Virus record (IMG/VR): IMGVR_UViG_3300011271_000005
Location: 1 to 57,460 of that record
Source: a virus
DNA length: 57,460 nt
Reading direction: 5' to 3' (one strand)
The first letter of the stretch is position 1. The number at the start of each line of letters is the position of its first letter. The translations under genes and the position numbers were made by a program. Positions 18,833 through 27,511 of this stretch are shown here, in pieces. Under the pieces are notes generated by a model, which was not told the DNA's origin, did no database searches, and worked only from the letters and a program-made list of their open reading frames with translations.

Positions 18833-21436
18833 ATGATTAAAGCCATTTTTAAAACCTTTTTACTATCATTGACGATTATCTCGCAAGTTCATTTTGCTTA
18901 TGCGCAAACGGCTAGCATACTTCCTCCTGCAAAGACAACTTTTTTTGATTCTAATGGAAATCCTTTAACATCTGGAACTGTAGAAAGTTACATTCCATCG
19001 ACTACTACTCACAAAACAACTTGGCAAGATGCTGCTGAAACTATTCCTAATTTAAATCCTCTTACATTAGATGCTGCTGGAAGAACTTTACTTCTAGGTT
19101 CTGGCTCATATCGCCAAGTTGTTAAAGATAGAGATGGTAATTTAATTTGGGATCAAGTTACATCATCAACTGGAAGTGGGAGTGGTGGAGGTTCGACTGC
19201 TACAGGTGATGGCGATCTTGTGGGCACAATTAAGCCTTGGGCTGGTATTAGTGCTCCAAATCAATATATGTTTACTTATGGACAAACATTAAATAGAATT
19301 ACGTTTTCTGCTTTATTTAACGCGATCACTTCTACACAAGCTGTATTTTGTACTTCTGGTAATCCAACATTAACAGGATTAAGCGACACTACTAATTTTT
19401 GGATTGGTATGTCAGTAGAAACCTCTTGTGTTCCTGCTGGTTTTACTACTATTATTTCAAAAACATCTTCTTCTGTTACATTAGCTGTAAATGCAAACAC
19501 TACAGTAAATACTAGTATTATATTTTTTCCTTGGGGGAATGGAAATCATTCTACTACTTTTACATTACCAGATTTTAGAGGATTGATTCCTGTTGGTAAT
19601 AATATTATGGGTGGTGTTGCTAGTAGTAATATTAATGATACTTATTTTGGTTCTCAGAGTGCTAGTTCTGCTGGTGGTCAAGGTGGTAGTTCGAGTGCTA
19701 CATTGCTATTAGGAAATCTTCCTAATAGCGCCTTAGTTATTTCAGATACAAGAGTGTGGCGAACTTTAGCGAATAATGGTGCCGGTAATAATGGAACAGG
19801 GCTTGTTAATACCAATACATCAGCATCCGGTACTAATTATAACGCAGTGAGTCAAAACAGCGGAGGAGGTATTAATCTTCCAATTGAAATTGGAAGTGGA
19901 TCGATTAGTGGAACATTGGGAGGTTCATCGACAGCATTCGGTATTATTCAGCCATCTAAAACTATTAATTATATTATCAAAGTTACACCAGATGCTAATT
20001 CTGCTACTGCTTCTGGTGTAACAGATTTAAATGGAATGACGGGTAGTGTTGCTTGTGGCCAAGGATTAACTTGTACAGGTAATACAATTGCTGTTACTAT
20101 AGTTGGTGGAGTGACTTCTTTAGGAGGTCAAACTGGAGTTTTAACTTGCGGAGTAGGTATAACTTGTTCTGGTTCTAGTATCAGTGCTACGGTTTCTAGT
20201 GTTTTTACTCGTACAGGTGCTATTGTAGCTGCGTCTGGTGATTATAATGCTGGTCAAATAACCTATACTCCAGTCGGAACAGGCGGAGTAGCTACAACGG
20301 ACAAGGCGATTCTAGATCGAACTGTCTGGGCCAATGACTACGGTGCGGCCTGTAATGGTGCGGGTAATGACGCCACTGCGTTTCAAAATGCAATTAACCA
20401 AGGCCAGACCGCTGGCCTATCTGTTCGCTGGACCGGCGTTTGTCTCATTAACTCAGGTCTATCGATAACGACATCTATTGATTTTGGCGGGCCGGGAAAC
20501 GGTGGGGCCTTTGGAATACAGCCTAGACTAGTCGTTACTTCTGCTAGTGTACTTGGTATTACAATCACTACTAATTCAACCGCCCCAGTCTATCTTCATG
20601 ACTTTGGGGTAACATACTCCCCCGCAGCTAATGCCGGAGTTGCCGCGATCACTGTCACTGGCACTGCGGCCAACGAAAATTCGGGCTCTAAATTTGAGCG
20701 CCTAACGTTGAACGGTGGCATTGCCATCGGTATCGACTTTGTAAAAGCTTCTCTGTGGACGCTTTCAAATTCACAAATTGTTTCTTCTAATTCTGGTGGC
20801 ACCGCCATTCGCGTCGCCAATGGCAACAACGGCGATTCCGGCGATAGCACTATCTATAGCAGCACTATCCAGCAGACTGGTGGGGCAGGTATTGGAATTG
20901 CTTGGAACAGTTCTGGTGGACTGCGGATCGAGAATAACAAAATCCTTGGTTCCACCATGGCCAATGGCATTTCGATTAATCTTGCCAACGGAGTTAACAC
21001 ATCCGACATCTTCATTGTTGGGAATAGCATCGAAGGACTGACTACTTCAGGAATTGGAGTCAATCTAACCAGAGCAGGTACGACCGGTGGATTAAACCAC
21101 GTAATCATCGGCCATAATGAACTTGGTGGCGGTCAAGTTTGCGTCTCGGTTCCGACAGATGTTAATGGTACTTGGATCAACAATATAAACATCACAGGAA
21201 ATTCTTGCCAAGTTGTCAACTCTTCAAGCGCCGTTGGATTCAACATTGTCGCTGTTATTGGCGGGGCAGTGGTCATGAACAATTCTGTATGGGCAACTGG
21301 TGCTGGGACAAATCAAGTGGCGATCATGGGTGCCTTTGGTACTGCTGCTAACTGTGTGGAAGGCTACAACACGAAAATCGGTACGTTCGCGCCATCGACC
21401 AATAGCGGTACATGCACAACAGTAGCACCATTCTAG
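18833..21436 (+). CDS. Tail fibre / tailspike: N-terminal fibre motif, phage-tail-collar domain, C-terminal right-handed beta-helix (pectate-lyase-like)
   Basis: Motifs seen: FFDSNGNPLTSGTVESY...LDAAGR; collar motifs GTIKPWAG..P..Y.F.YGQTL...F.ALFNAI and FTLPDFRGLIPVG; three (V/T)xxLxGxTG linkers; DYGAACNGAGNDATAFQNAI and NNxI repeats. The N-terminus MIKAIFKTFLLSLTIISQVHFAYA resembles a signal peptide. Confidence 0.8.
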   Translation: MIKAIFKTFLLSLTIISQVHFAYAQTASILPPAKTTFFDSNGNPLTSGTVESYIPSTTTHKTTWQDAAETIPNLNPLTLDAAGRTLLLGSGSYRQVVKDRDGNLIWDQVTSSTGSGSGGGSTATGDGDLVGTIKPWAGISAPNQYMFTYGQTLNRITFSALFNAITSTQAVFCTSGNPTLTGLSDTTNFWIGMSVETSCVPAGFTTIISKTSSSVTLAVNANTTVNTSIIFFPWGNGNHSTTFTLPDFRGLIPVGNNIMGGVASSNINDTYFGSQSASSAGGQGGSSSATLLLGNLPNSALVISDTRVWRTLANNGAGNNGTGLVNTNTSASGTNYNAVSQNSGGGINLPIEIGSGSISGTLGGSSTAFGIIQPSKTINYIIKVTPDANSATASGVTDLNGMTGSVACGQGLTCTGNTIAVTIVGGVTSLGGQTGVLTCGVGITCSGSSISATVSSVFTRTGAIVAASGDYNAGQITYTPVGTGGVATTDKAILDRTVWANDYGAACNGAGNDATAFQNAINQGQTAGLSVRWTGVCLINSGLSITTSIDFGGPGNGGAFGIQPRLVVTSASVLGITITTNSTAPVYLHDFGVTYSPAANAGVAAITVTGTAANENSGSKFERLTLNGGIAIGIDFVKASLWTLSNSQIVSSNSGGTAIRVANGNNGDSGDSTIYSSTIQQTGGAGIGIAWNSSGGLRIENNKILGSTMANGISINLANGVNTSDIFIVGNSIEGLTTSGIGVNLTRAGTTGGLNHVIIGHNELGGGQVCVSVPTDVNGTWINNINITGNSCQVVNSSSAVGFNIVAVIGGAVVMNNSVWATGAGTNQVAIMGAFGTAANCVEGYNTKIGTFAPSTNSGTCTTVAPF

Positions 21437-21449
21437 AAAGGAAAGTATC

Positions 21450-21578
21450 ATGTTTGTTATAACTGGAATTCTATTTGCGTTGCTGCTCATTGGGCGATTT
21501 TTTTATAAAGCTAAACAATATCGAGATGAGCGCATTTATCGAACTACGGTAACACGCATCACGAGAGCCGTTAAATGA
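21450..21578 (+). CDS. Small membrane protein (42 aa)
   Basis: SD aaagga. The translation MFVITGILFALLLIGRFFYKAK is one TM helix followed by a basic tail. Confidence 0.4.
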   Translation: MFVITGILFALLLIGRFFYKAKQYRDERIYRTTVTRITRAVK

Positions 21579-21602
21579 TGGATATTTAAAATTCGGTGCT
21601 TC

Positions 21603-21875
21603 ATGAAACTTGTTTGGATTATATTATTATTTTTTATTAATATTTTGATAATATTGGTTTTATTATTAATATTTAATCCAATACAATACGCTAATCTTGC
21701 TCAAACTGCTATTTTACAAGAATATGTAAATGTTTACTGCATTGATTCAGAAGAAGCGCATAAGAATAAAGTTAAATTTGCAGCACAAGGTGCGTTAATG
21801 TCTAGACTTACTATAGGAACTGGTTTAGGTTCCATCGCATTGTTAGAATACGCCAAATGTAAAATTTCACATTAG
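21603..21875 (+). CDS. Membrane protein (90 aa), holin/lysis-accessory candidate
   Basis: N-terminal TM helix WIILLFFINILIILVLLLIF. Confidence 0.45.
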   Translation: MKLVWIILLFFINILIILVLLLIFNPIQYANLAQTAILQEYVNVYCIDSEEAHKNKVKFAAQGALMSRLTIGTGLGSIALLEYAKCKISH

Positions 21876-21888
21876 AGGAATTTTTAAA

Positions 21889-22266
21889 ATGCCCACAATT
21901 ACGCCTCTTGGTTGGATTGGTATTATTATTTTATTTAATAGTACTCTTTTAGGTGGAGCTAGTCAACTTGGTGATTTAGCTTTAAGTCCTGTTATCGTAA
22001 AGGCTATTCTAGCAGTAGCTACATTAGGAAATGGTTTTCTCGGTGGATTGGTAACTATGTTTTCAACTTCTGCTAATATGGTTAAATCTATTGATCAGGG
22101 AACTATGGTTAAAGCTGTGCGCTCAATGCCCGGTATTGAAGATATTGTTGTAAATGCTAAAGCTACTCCTACCTTAGCTGCTATGGCTGTTGATCCTAGC
22201 GAACCTAAAATTAGTTCCATTGATAGCGATAAGTTTAAAATCCAAGCTATCGCTAAGAATGGTTAA
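21889..22266 (+). CDS. Multi-TM membrane protein (125 aa), holin candidate
   Basis: There are two to three hydrophobic segments (GWIGIIILFNSTLLGG, VIVKAILAVATLGNGFLGGLVTMF) followed by a hydrophilic tail. Confidence 0.45.
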   Translation: MPTITPLGWIGIIILFNSTLLGGASQLGDLALSPVIVKAILAVATLGNGFLGGLVTMFSTSANMVKSIDQGTMVKAVRSMPGIEDIVVNAKATPTLAAMAVDPSEPKISSIDSDKFKIQAIAKNG

Positions 22267-22271
22267 TTAAA

Positions 22272-22589
22272 GTGACAGATGTTACTCGTGTCGAGCGCAT
22301 ACCTGCAATCATGCAACAGCTTGAGCATTTAACAGCTAGCGTTCAAAGGCTGGAAGGCCTGATCGTGCGTGAGATTCAAGAATTGAAGTCCGAGCAAATT
22401 GCAGATTTGCGACGGCAAAATGAACGTTTAGCTGATGATCAGCGGCGTGCATGGGAAGCAATCAGAACACTTGAAAATAGAGGTAATCAATATTATGGTA
22501 GTATGAAAACGGCTCATACTATTACAGCTACAATAAGTGCATTAATTGGCGGTAGTATCGCAGCAGTGATAGCTAAATTCGTCCATTAA
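22272..22589 (+). CDS. Coiled-coil protein with a C-terminal TM anchor (105 aa)
   Basis: GTG start. It has heptad-like charged sequence and ends TISALIGGSIAAVIAKFVH. It is noticeably GC-richer (29/60 at 22321..22380). Confidence 0.45.
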   Translation: MTDVTRVERIPAIMQQLEHLTASVQRLEGLIVREIQELKSEQIADLRRQNERLADDQRRAWEAIRTLENRGNQYYGSMKTAHTITATISALIGGSIAAVIAKFVH

Positions 22590-22758
22590 GAATAATTGAA
22601 TATGAACTATCGCCAGCGCTTGCATCTATTTGTGTATTGATTCGTTCTTGTATTTCAATATCACTTATGTGCTTAGAATATTTTGGATCATTACTTGAAT
22701 AATAATCGCGTTGACCTTTCCAATATGGAATAGGCATATTAGTATTTTTCCGTTTCAT
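22573..22758 (-). CDS. Hypothetical protein (61 aa), last gene of the leftward operon
   Basis: Track ORF. It converges with 22272..22589 and overlaps it by 17 nt. Confidence 0.45.
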   Translation of the reverse strand: MKRKNTNMPIPYWKGQRDYYSSNDPKYSKHISDIEIQERINTQIDASAGDSSYSIILNGRI

Positions 22759-22942
22759 ATTTATCTTTTATATTAGCAAGAAAATATTTTCCAACGCCTT
22801 CAGCGTTTAACAATTCATTATAAGTATCTTTTGATACATCTTTATACTCGTACCAACAACCTTTACAGAATTTTAATTTGAGTAGCTTTTCAGCTTCATC
22901 ATATTCTATTTCGCTGATCATAGATGACTTAATTGTGGACAT
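22739..22942 (-). CDS. KTSC-domain-like protein
   Basis: ISEIEYDEAEKLLKLKF..G.WYEYKDVSKDTYNELLNAEGVGKYF matches the KTSC domain pattern. The start is taken at the MSTIK ATG. Confidence 0.55.
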   Translation of the reverse strand: MSTIKSSMISEIEYDEAEKLLKLKFCKGCWYEYKDVSKDTYNELLNAEGVGKYFLANIKDKYETEKY

Positions 22943-23126
22943 ATTATGATCCAATATAAAATATCATAAGTATAAACATTCCTCCAATACAAAAACCAAT
23001 AAATAGCCAACCGATATTTTCTTTTGTCATTTTATCATTTCCTCGTTAAAAATTCAAATATAATACACCAAATACTTTTAATGATCGGTGATTCTAAATG
23101 CTCAGGTTGCCATTTTTGATATTTTC

Positions 23127-23318
23127 TCATTTGTGTAACAGCTTCCATTCTTTAATAGCTGCATGATTTAAACGTAATGCAATTGGATCACCATGCTTAT
23201 TAACAATAAAATGTGAATTTGCTTTTAGATGAAGCTTCCAAATATCATCATTCTCATTAGCAGCAGCTGATGTAGGAAACAATATAAGCTTAAGCATCAT
23301 GATAATCATATATCTCAT
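23127..23318 (-). CDS. Small secreted protein (63 aa)
   Basis: The N-terminus MRYMIIMMLKLILFPTSAAA/NE looks like a signal peptide. Confidence 0.45.
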   Translation of the reverse strand: MRYMIIMMLKLILFPTSAAANENDDIWKLHLKANSHFIVNKHGDPIALRLNHAAIKEWKLLHK

Positions 23319-23340
23319 ATTTATTTATTTCCTTATTAAA

Positions 23341-23368
23341 TTGAACGGGACTTCTATATCCCGTTCAA
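23341..23368 (-). terminator. Hairpin downstream of the OMP gene
   Basis: Perfect 10-bp arms ttgaacggga/tcccgttcaa with an 8-nt loop. It has only a short T-run. Confidence 0.45.
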
Positions 23369-23391
23369 TAATATTTGTCAATAGCTATATT

Positions 23392-24051
23392 TTAGAAGTG
23401 TCTATTGAGTTCCAGTAATACCAGACTAGTTGCGGGCACGCCCTGCTGTGCTGGCGCGTAAAGGTAGCTTACGTCGGAAGTCCAGCCCGCTGCGATCACA
23501 GTTTCCGCACCAACGCCATTTACCCACATATTAACGCCTTTGCGTTGCATACCACCGAACCGAAAATAAGGTGTCGTGGCTGCGAAGAAATTGGCAGGAA
23601 CGACCAATGGAATAGGTGACTGTGATGGTGTTACTACCGCTGACTGTGTCGATGGGAAGAAGTTATATCCTAACTTGATGGTCTCCAAGCCTACAAACTT
23701 AGAACCATGCTGGTTGACAACTGGCAAAGTCGCGCTGGTATTGGTGATGAATTCATAGCCTAAGCTCAAATCAAGAGCAGCGAACCAATTGCCGTTCCAG
23801 AACTGATATCCACCCTGCGCTTTAAGAATGCCACCAGCAGCAAATACCGAACCATTAATGCCACTACCAACAATATCAGCATTACTGCCATCACCAGCGA
23901 CACCAAAACCTGCATACCAACCGCTACAGCTACCAGCAGCACACGAACTTGCTGAAAGATATGGCGTGGCTTTAACAGGAAGATCGGCGGCTAAAGCAGG
24001 TGAAGCAAGTAAGGAAAGAGCTCCAATTAACGCGATAAACAGCTTTTTCAT
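23392..24051 (-). CDS. Outer-membrane beta-barrel protein (Omp25/Omp31/RopB-like or Lom/Ail-like moron)
   Basis: Signal peptide MKKLFIALIGALSLLASPALA/ADLPVKA. It shows alternating aromatic/Gly beta-strand patterns (GWYAGFGVAG, GGYQFWNG, LSLGYEF, IKLGYNFF). The C-terminal residue is Phe (LELNRHF). Strong SD aggag. GC-rich island. Confidence 0.75.
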   Translation of the reverse strand: MKKLFIALIGALSLLASPALAADLPVKATPYLSASSCAAGSCSGWYAGFGVAGDGSNADIVGSGINGSVFAAGGILKAQGGYQFWNGNWFAALDLSLGYEFITNTSATLPVVNQHGSKFVGLETIKLGYNFFPSTQSAVVTPSQSPIPLVVPANFFAATTPYFRFGGMQRKGVNMWVNGVGAETVIAAGWTSDVSYLYAPAQQGVPATSLVLLELNRHF

Positions 24052-24138
24052 ATTTTAAACTCCTATTAAGGGAATTGTTAGCTTATGATAGAATGGATTG
24101 ATTGAAAACATACCCACAATAATTTAGGTTGAGTGTTG

Positions 24139-26073
24139 CTAAAAGAACACGATTTGCTCCGCTTTCTTATAATATCCGATATCCGTTAATATTCCCTTAG
24201 TCTTATTTATATAATATTCATAATCAATTAAATCTTCTGGAAATTCATTAGGTAAATCTTGTAATGGCATAGCTCCGTCTGTATCTGGTACTTTGTTTCC
24301 TGATAAAATATAATTAATAGTTCCATAACATTTTTTATAATAAGCAAACCGCACTACTTTTCCGAGATAGTTTCCGTCCTTATGTGCTCCACCTTTTACA
24401 TTTCTAATCACTACAAATCGTGTAATATCACAACAATTTTGTATGGTTTGTTCGATCGAGATTCCTGATGCAAGAAAATAAGTAATTGCATCAGAACAAA
24501 TAAGCATATTTGGATTATTGTCAAGTTGCGTGCCACTCTGACTTCCTTTTTCGCTAAAAGGTCCCTTTATCTTCACTTCACCATCATTCTTTACAGCGAA
24601 GTATGCATTTACGTCCCTTGCATAATATTTCGTATATTCAGCATCTTCTAATACAAATCCTGTCATTTTTTCCCAATATTTAACCCAATATTTTAATTTT
24701 TCTTCATTTTCTTCTTTATAATAGACAACCAATCCGTCTGTGTTAGCTGATATAATTTCCATTCCTTGACAAGTTAACATTTCAGCAAGCATAAGAATTA
24801 ATAATTGACCTGTTAAATTCATATGAACAGTATTCCAAGGTGAATACATTTTAGACCATGGATCGGACCATTTGCCAGATACACCATTCAAGAAAATCTT
24901 TAATCCTTTATCTCTAGTGAATAGCTTTAATCTTTTTGCATCTTCTCTATCAAATTTAAATTTCTTATAGACAGTTAAAAAGTTTGGTCCCATTGCAATC
25001 GGCATTAATTCTAGATTGATGATGGCGTTAGGATAATAGCTTCTAACATCAATATCTTTTATCTTCCATCCATCTTTAGCTTCATATGCTTTGCATTTAT
25101 CTTTTGAATGTAAACCACCAATACCTAAATTATAATAGTTTGCTCCTATTTGTGCAGGTTTTTCTAATTCTTTTGGTGAAGCTATTCTTCCATCATGATC
25201 GATTTTAAAATTTATCCGCTTGACTTTTTCTAATAGCTTTTGCATTTGCGAAGTTGCAAATCTGATATATTGTGGGCATCGATATTTAAATGTTGTTCCT
25301 ATTTCTATTTCAGGACGTTTGACATATTTTCCATTTAATTTTGATACTTCTTGAGCAATAACCGCTTCTGCCATTTGAGCATCAGACTTGCTCATAAGGT
25401 CTAGATTATATTCGATAGAGATAGATTCTCTTAATTGAAGTCTCTCTTTACAAAATCTAAATATTTGATCAGTTACATCTAAATCATTACAATTATATTC
25501 TTGAACAATTTTTATCTGTTCATTGCTTAGTGACTGATCATCAGGAAATGGTAAGTCCTGAATACGTGGTGAATGTAACCTAGCTCCATAAAGTTTCAAT
25601 GAACCTTTTAACGGGCATACATTAAAAAGGTCTATATGTTGTCTTGGTTGAAGTTTATAACATTTGAAATTAAAATCTTTTTCTACCTCTTCTTTTCGTT
25701 TTCCATATCTTATTAAAGCATCAGCAATATCTTTTAAAAATGCTGGATCACGATTTATATAACTAGCCCATAATATAACAAGATCAAAAGTGATAGAGTT
25801 AAATCCCACAGATCGGTAAGAATTAAGAATCCAACTAAGCATGTAAGGATTAAAATCGTTGTCAAGACGGATATAATTATTTGATTGAACATGTTTAAAT
25901 CCAGCTAAATAATAATTTGGAAAAATTTCAATATCTAGAATAATATCATCACCAGCATGTGAACGAATTTCATTTTCAGTCATATATTTTCTAGGGAGAT
26001 ATTCGCGCGGAATATATGGCTTTAATTGAATGCCTTTGCCCACAATTATTTGGTTATCTGAATTTAGGAGCAT
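24139..26073 (-). CDS. DNA polymerase, family B with 3'-5' exonuclease domain
   Basis: ExoI is DIEIFPN, ExoII is NSITFDLVIL and ExoIII is YNCNDLDVTD. Pol motif A is DVRSYYPNAI, motif B is KIFLNGVSGKW and motif C is NTDGLVV. Confidence 0.85.
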   Translation of the reverse strand: MLLNSDNQIIVGKGIQLKPYIPREYLPRKYMTENEIRSHAGDDIILDIEIFPNYYLAGFKHVQSNNYIRLDNDFNPYMLSWILNSYRSVGFNSITFDLVILWASYINRDPAFLKDIADALIRYGKRKEEVEKDFNFKCYKLQPRQHIDLFNVCPLKGSLKLYGARLHSPRIQDLPFPDDQSLSNEQIKIVQEYNCNDLDVTDQIFRFCKERLQLRESISIEYNLDLMSKSDAQMAEAVIAQEVSKLNGKYVKRPEIEIGTTFKYRCPQYIRFATSQMQKLLEKVKRINFKIDHDGRIASPKELEKPAQIGANYYNLGIGGLHSKDKCKAYEAKDGWKIKDIDVRSYYPNAIINLELMPIAMGPNFLTVYKKFKFDREDAKRLKLFTRDKGLKIFLNGVSGKWSDPWSKMYSPWNTVHMNLTGQLLILMLAEMLTCQGMEIISANTDGLVVYYKEENEEKLKYWVKYWEKMTGFVLEDAEYTKYYARDVNAYFAVKNDGEVKIKGPFSEKGSQSGTQLDNNPNMLICSDAITYFLASGISIEQTIQNCCDITRFVVIRNVKGGAHKDGNYLGKVVRFAYYKKCYGTINYILSGNKVPDTDGAMPLQDLPNEFPEDLIDYEYYINKTKGILTDIGYYKKAEQIVFF

Positions 26074-26349
26074 TTAATCTTCTTCATAACTAATACGTAA
26101 TACTTCAGATACTAACTCAATCATTTGTTGTTTAATAGTACGCAATTCATCAGCCATTTCATAACATTCGCGTTCCTCTGGTTTTGGACCGGGGCGAATT
26201 ATTTGATTGATAGTCGTATCTATGCATACTGTTACAATTTTATTAGCTAACTTATTTCTAGCTTTTGTTCGCGCACTTTTAATTGATGCCTCACGAAGCT
26301 TTTGTTGTTCTTCAGATATATAATATGGAGACCCACGACTAAAACCCAT
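26074..26349 (-). CDS. Hypothetical protein (91 aa)
   Basis: Track ORF that abuts the PolB start. Confidence 0.5.
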   Translation of the reverse strand: MGFSRGSPYYISEEQQKLREASIKSARTKARNKLANKIVTVCIDTTINQIIRPGPKPEERECYEMADELRTIKQQMIELVSEVLRISYEED

Positions 26350-26352
26350 TTC

Positions 26353-27333
26353 TTAAATCCTTCCTGCTACAGCCCCTCTAACACCATCTCCCATAAACAT
26401 CATCATCATGTGATTACCGTTATGCGGTACTAAAAAATCAACAGTCTTAATCAACGGTTTTATAACTTTCATCTGCTTTATATTCAATGTTGGTCCTTGT
26501 GGCAATCCATAAACTTCATAATTCGCACCTTTTCTTTCTTCATCATGCGAAAGCATCTTATTACTCATACATCTAACAAATCCATCTTCGCTAAACTTCT
26601 CTAGAGCATCAATAGCATTATAGAAATCTTCAGGGATATTGTGGGCATTTATTTTTCTATCTAATATTTTATTAATATCTGGCCATTGTTCTGCGAAATG
26701 TTGAGTTTTAATCCATGACTTATCCTCATAATGAAATGTACATGATGATTTGCTATAGCCAAATCCGACAAGCTTCTTAGTATTATTTATTAATGGTTCG
26801 ATTAATGTTTTTGGTAGCGTTAAATTAGGTGGTAAATCTATACCATGAAAATGCTGTATGATTACTTTTCGATCGGTGGCAGTTACAGTGCCATTGTGGA
26901 TTAATACGGAGGCTGTCACGACGCTATTTTCGTCAAGGGCTAGAGGTGCCACAGCAACAAGGGAAACCTTCAGGCGGTCATCTAATGAGGCTACAGGGGG
27001 ATCAGGGAAAGCGCCTTGTAAATCTTCAGGAGGTATACAAGGGATTACGGCTTTAAACCGACCTCCTTTGATTTCAAGAGTGTGAGGTAGCTGTGTGATC
27101 GAAAAAGACGTTCCGCATTTAGCTAAAGCCTCTCGCATTAATAAACCGTTGGGAGCGGCGATCAAATCTTCAACGATAGGTTCTCCAATCGAGAGAATAC
27201 CATTTGTTGCAGTACACCAATTATTTTTAAGTAGAACATGACGTTCTAATATTGAGCCATCATCCTTAAGGATGTTTGATAGTATCTTTAAAGATGATAG
27301 TAGTTGGCTATCGATTTTGATTGGACGTTTCAT
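26353..27333 (-). CDS. Sliding-clamp (DnaN-like) candidate
   Basis: About 326 aa and adjacent to PolB. TATDRKVII (compare ATDGHRL) and EQWPDINKIL (compare YPDY..VIP) fit DnaN. The start is taken at MKRPIKI (27333) because a coupled upstream ORF ends at 27335. Confidence 0.5.
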   Translation of the reverse strand: MKRPIKIDSQLLSSLKILSNILKDDGSILERHVLLKNNWCTATNGILSIGEPIVEDLIAAPNGLLMREALAKCGTSFSITQLPHTLEIKGGRFKAVIPCIPPEDLQGAFPDPPVASLDDRLKVSLVAVAPLALDENSVVTASVLIHNGTVTATDRKVIIQHFHGIDLPPNLTLPKTLIEPLINNTKKLVGFGYSKSSCTFHYEDKSWIKTQHFAEQWPDINKILDRKINAHNIPEDFYNAIDALEKFSEDGFVRCMSNKMLSHDEERKGANYEVYGLPQGPTLNIKQMKVIKPLIKTVDFLVPHNGNHMMMMFMGDGVRGAVAGRI

Positions 27334-27334
27334 G

Positions 27335-27511
27335 TTAGAACGGGATAAACTCGTGAAATTGGCACCCATTGACTATCGTTTTAGCTGGTGGTCTTTGTTT
27401 GAACTTTTCACATATTTCTTTTTGTTCTTGCCAACGCATACATTGTAAGCAACTTCTATCTTGTGCCCATTTTTTAAATGTTTTGATTAGGTCTTCATCA
27501 AAATTCGGCAT
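27335..27511 (-). CDS. Cys-containing mini-protein (58 aa)
   Basis: MPNFDEDLIKTFKKWAQDRSCLQCMRWQEQKEICEKF. The ATG lies inside the helicase 3' end and the stop lies 1 nt before the clamp ATG. Confidence 0.35.
   Translation of the reverse strand: MPNFDEDLIKTFKKWAQDRSCLQCMRWQEQKEICEKFKQRPPAKTIVNGCQFHEFIPF

Noticed and set aside
18695-18853. A 52-codon hydrophobic minus-strand ORF (MALIMFWITWLAVCIIF...) across the junction between the 609-aa gene and the fibre gene.
   Set aside because: It is antisense to two structural genes, has a weak SD and no promoter. Its length is within chance for this composition. I keep it only as a note.
20383-21490. Track ORFs overlapping the fibre C-terminus (20383..20568, 20596..20850, 20778..21041, 20854..21108, 21224..21490).
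   Set aside because: This is the same GC-rich artefact. All are nested in the beta-helix coding frame, which has clear repeat motifs.
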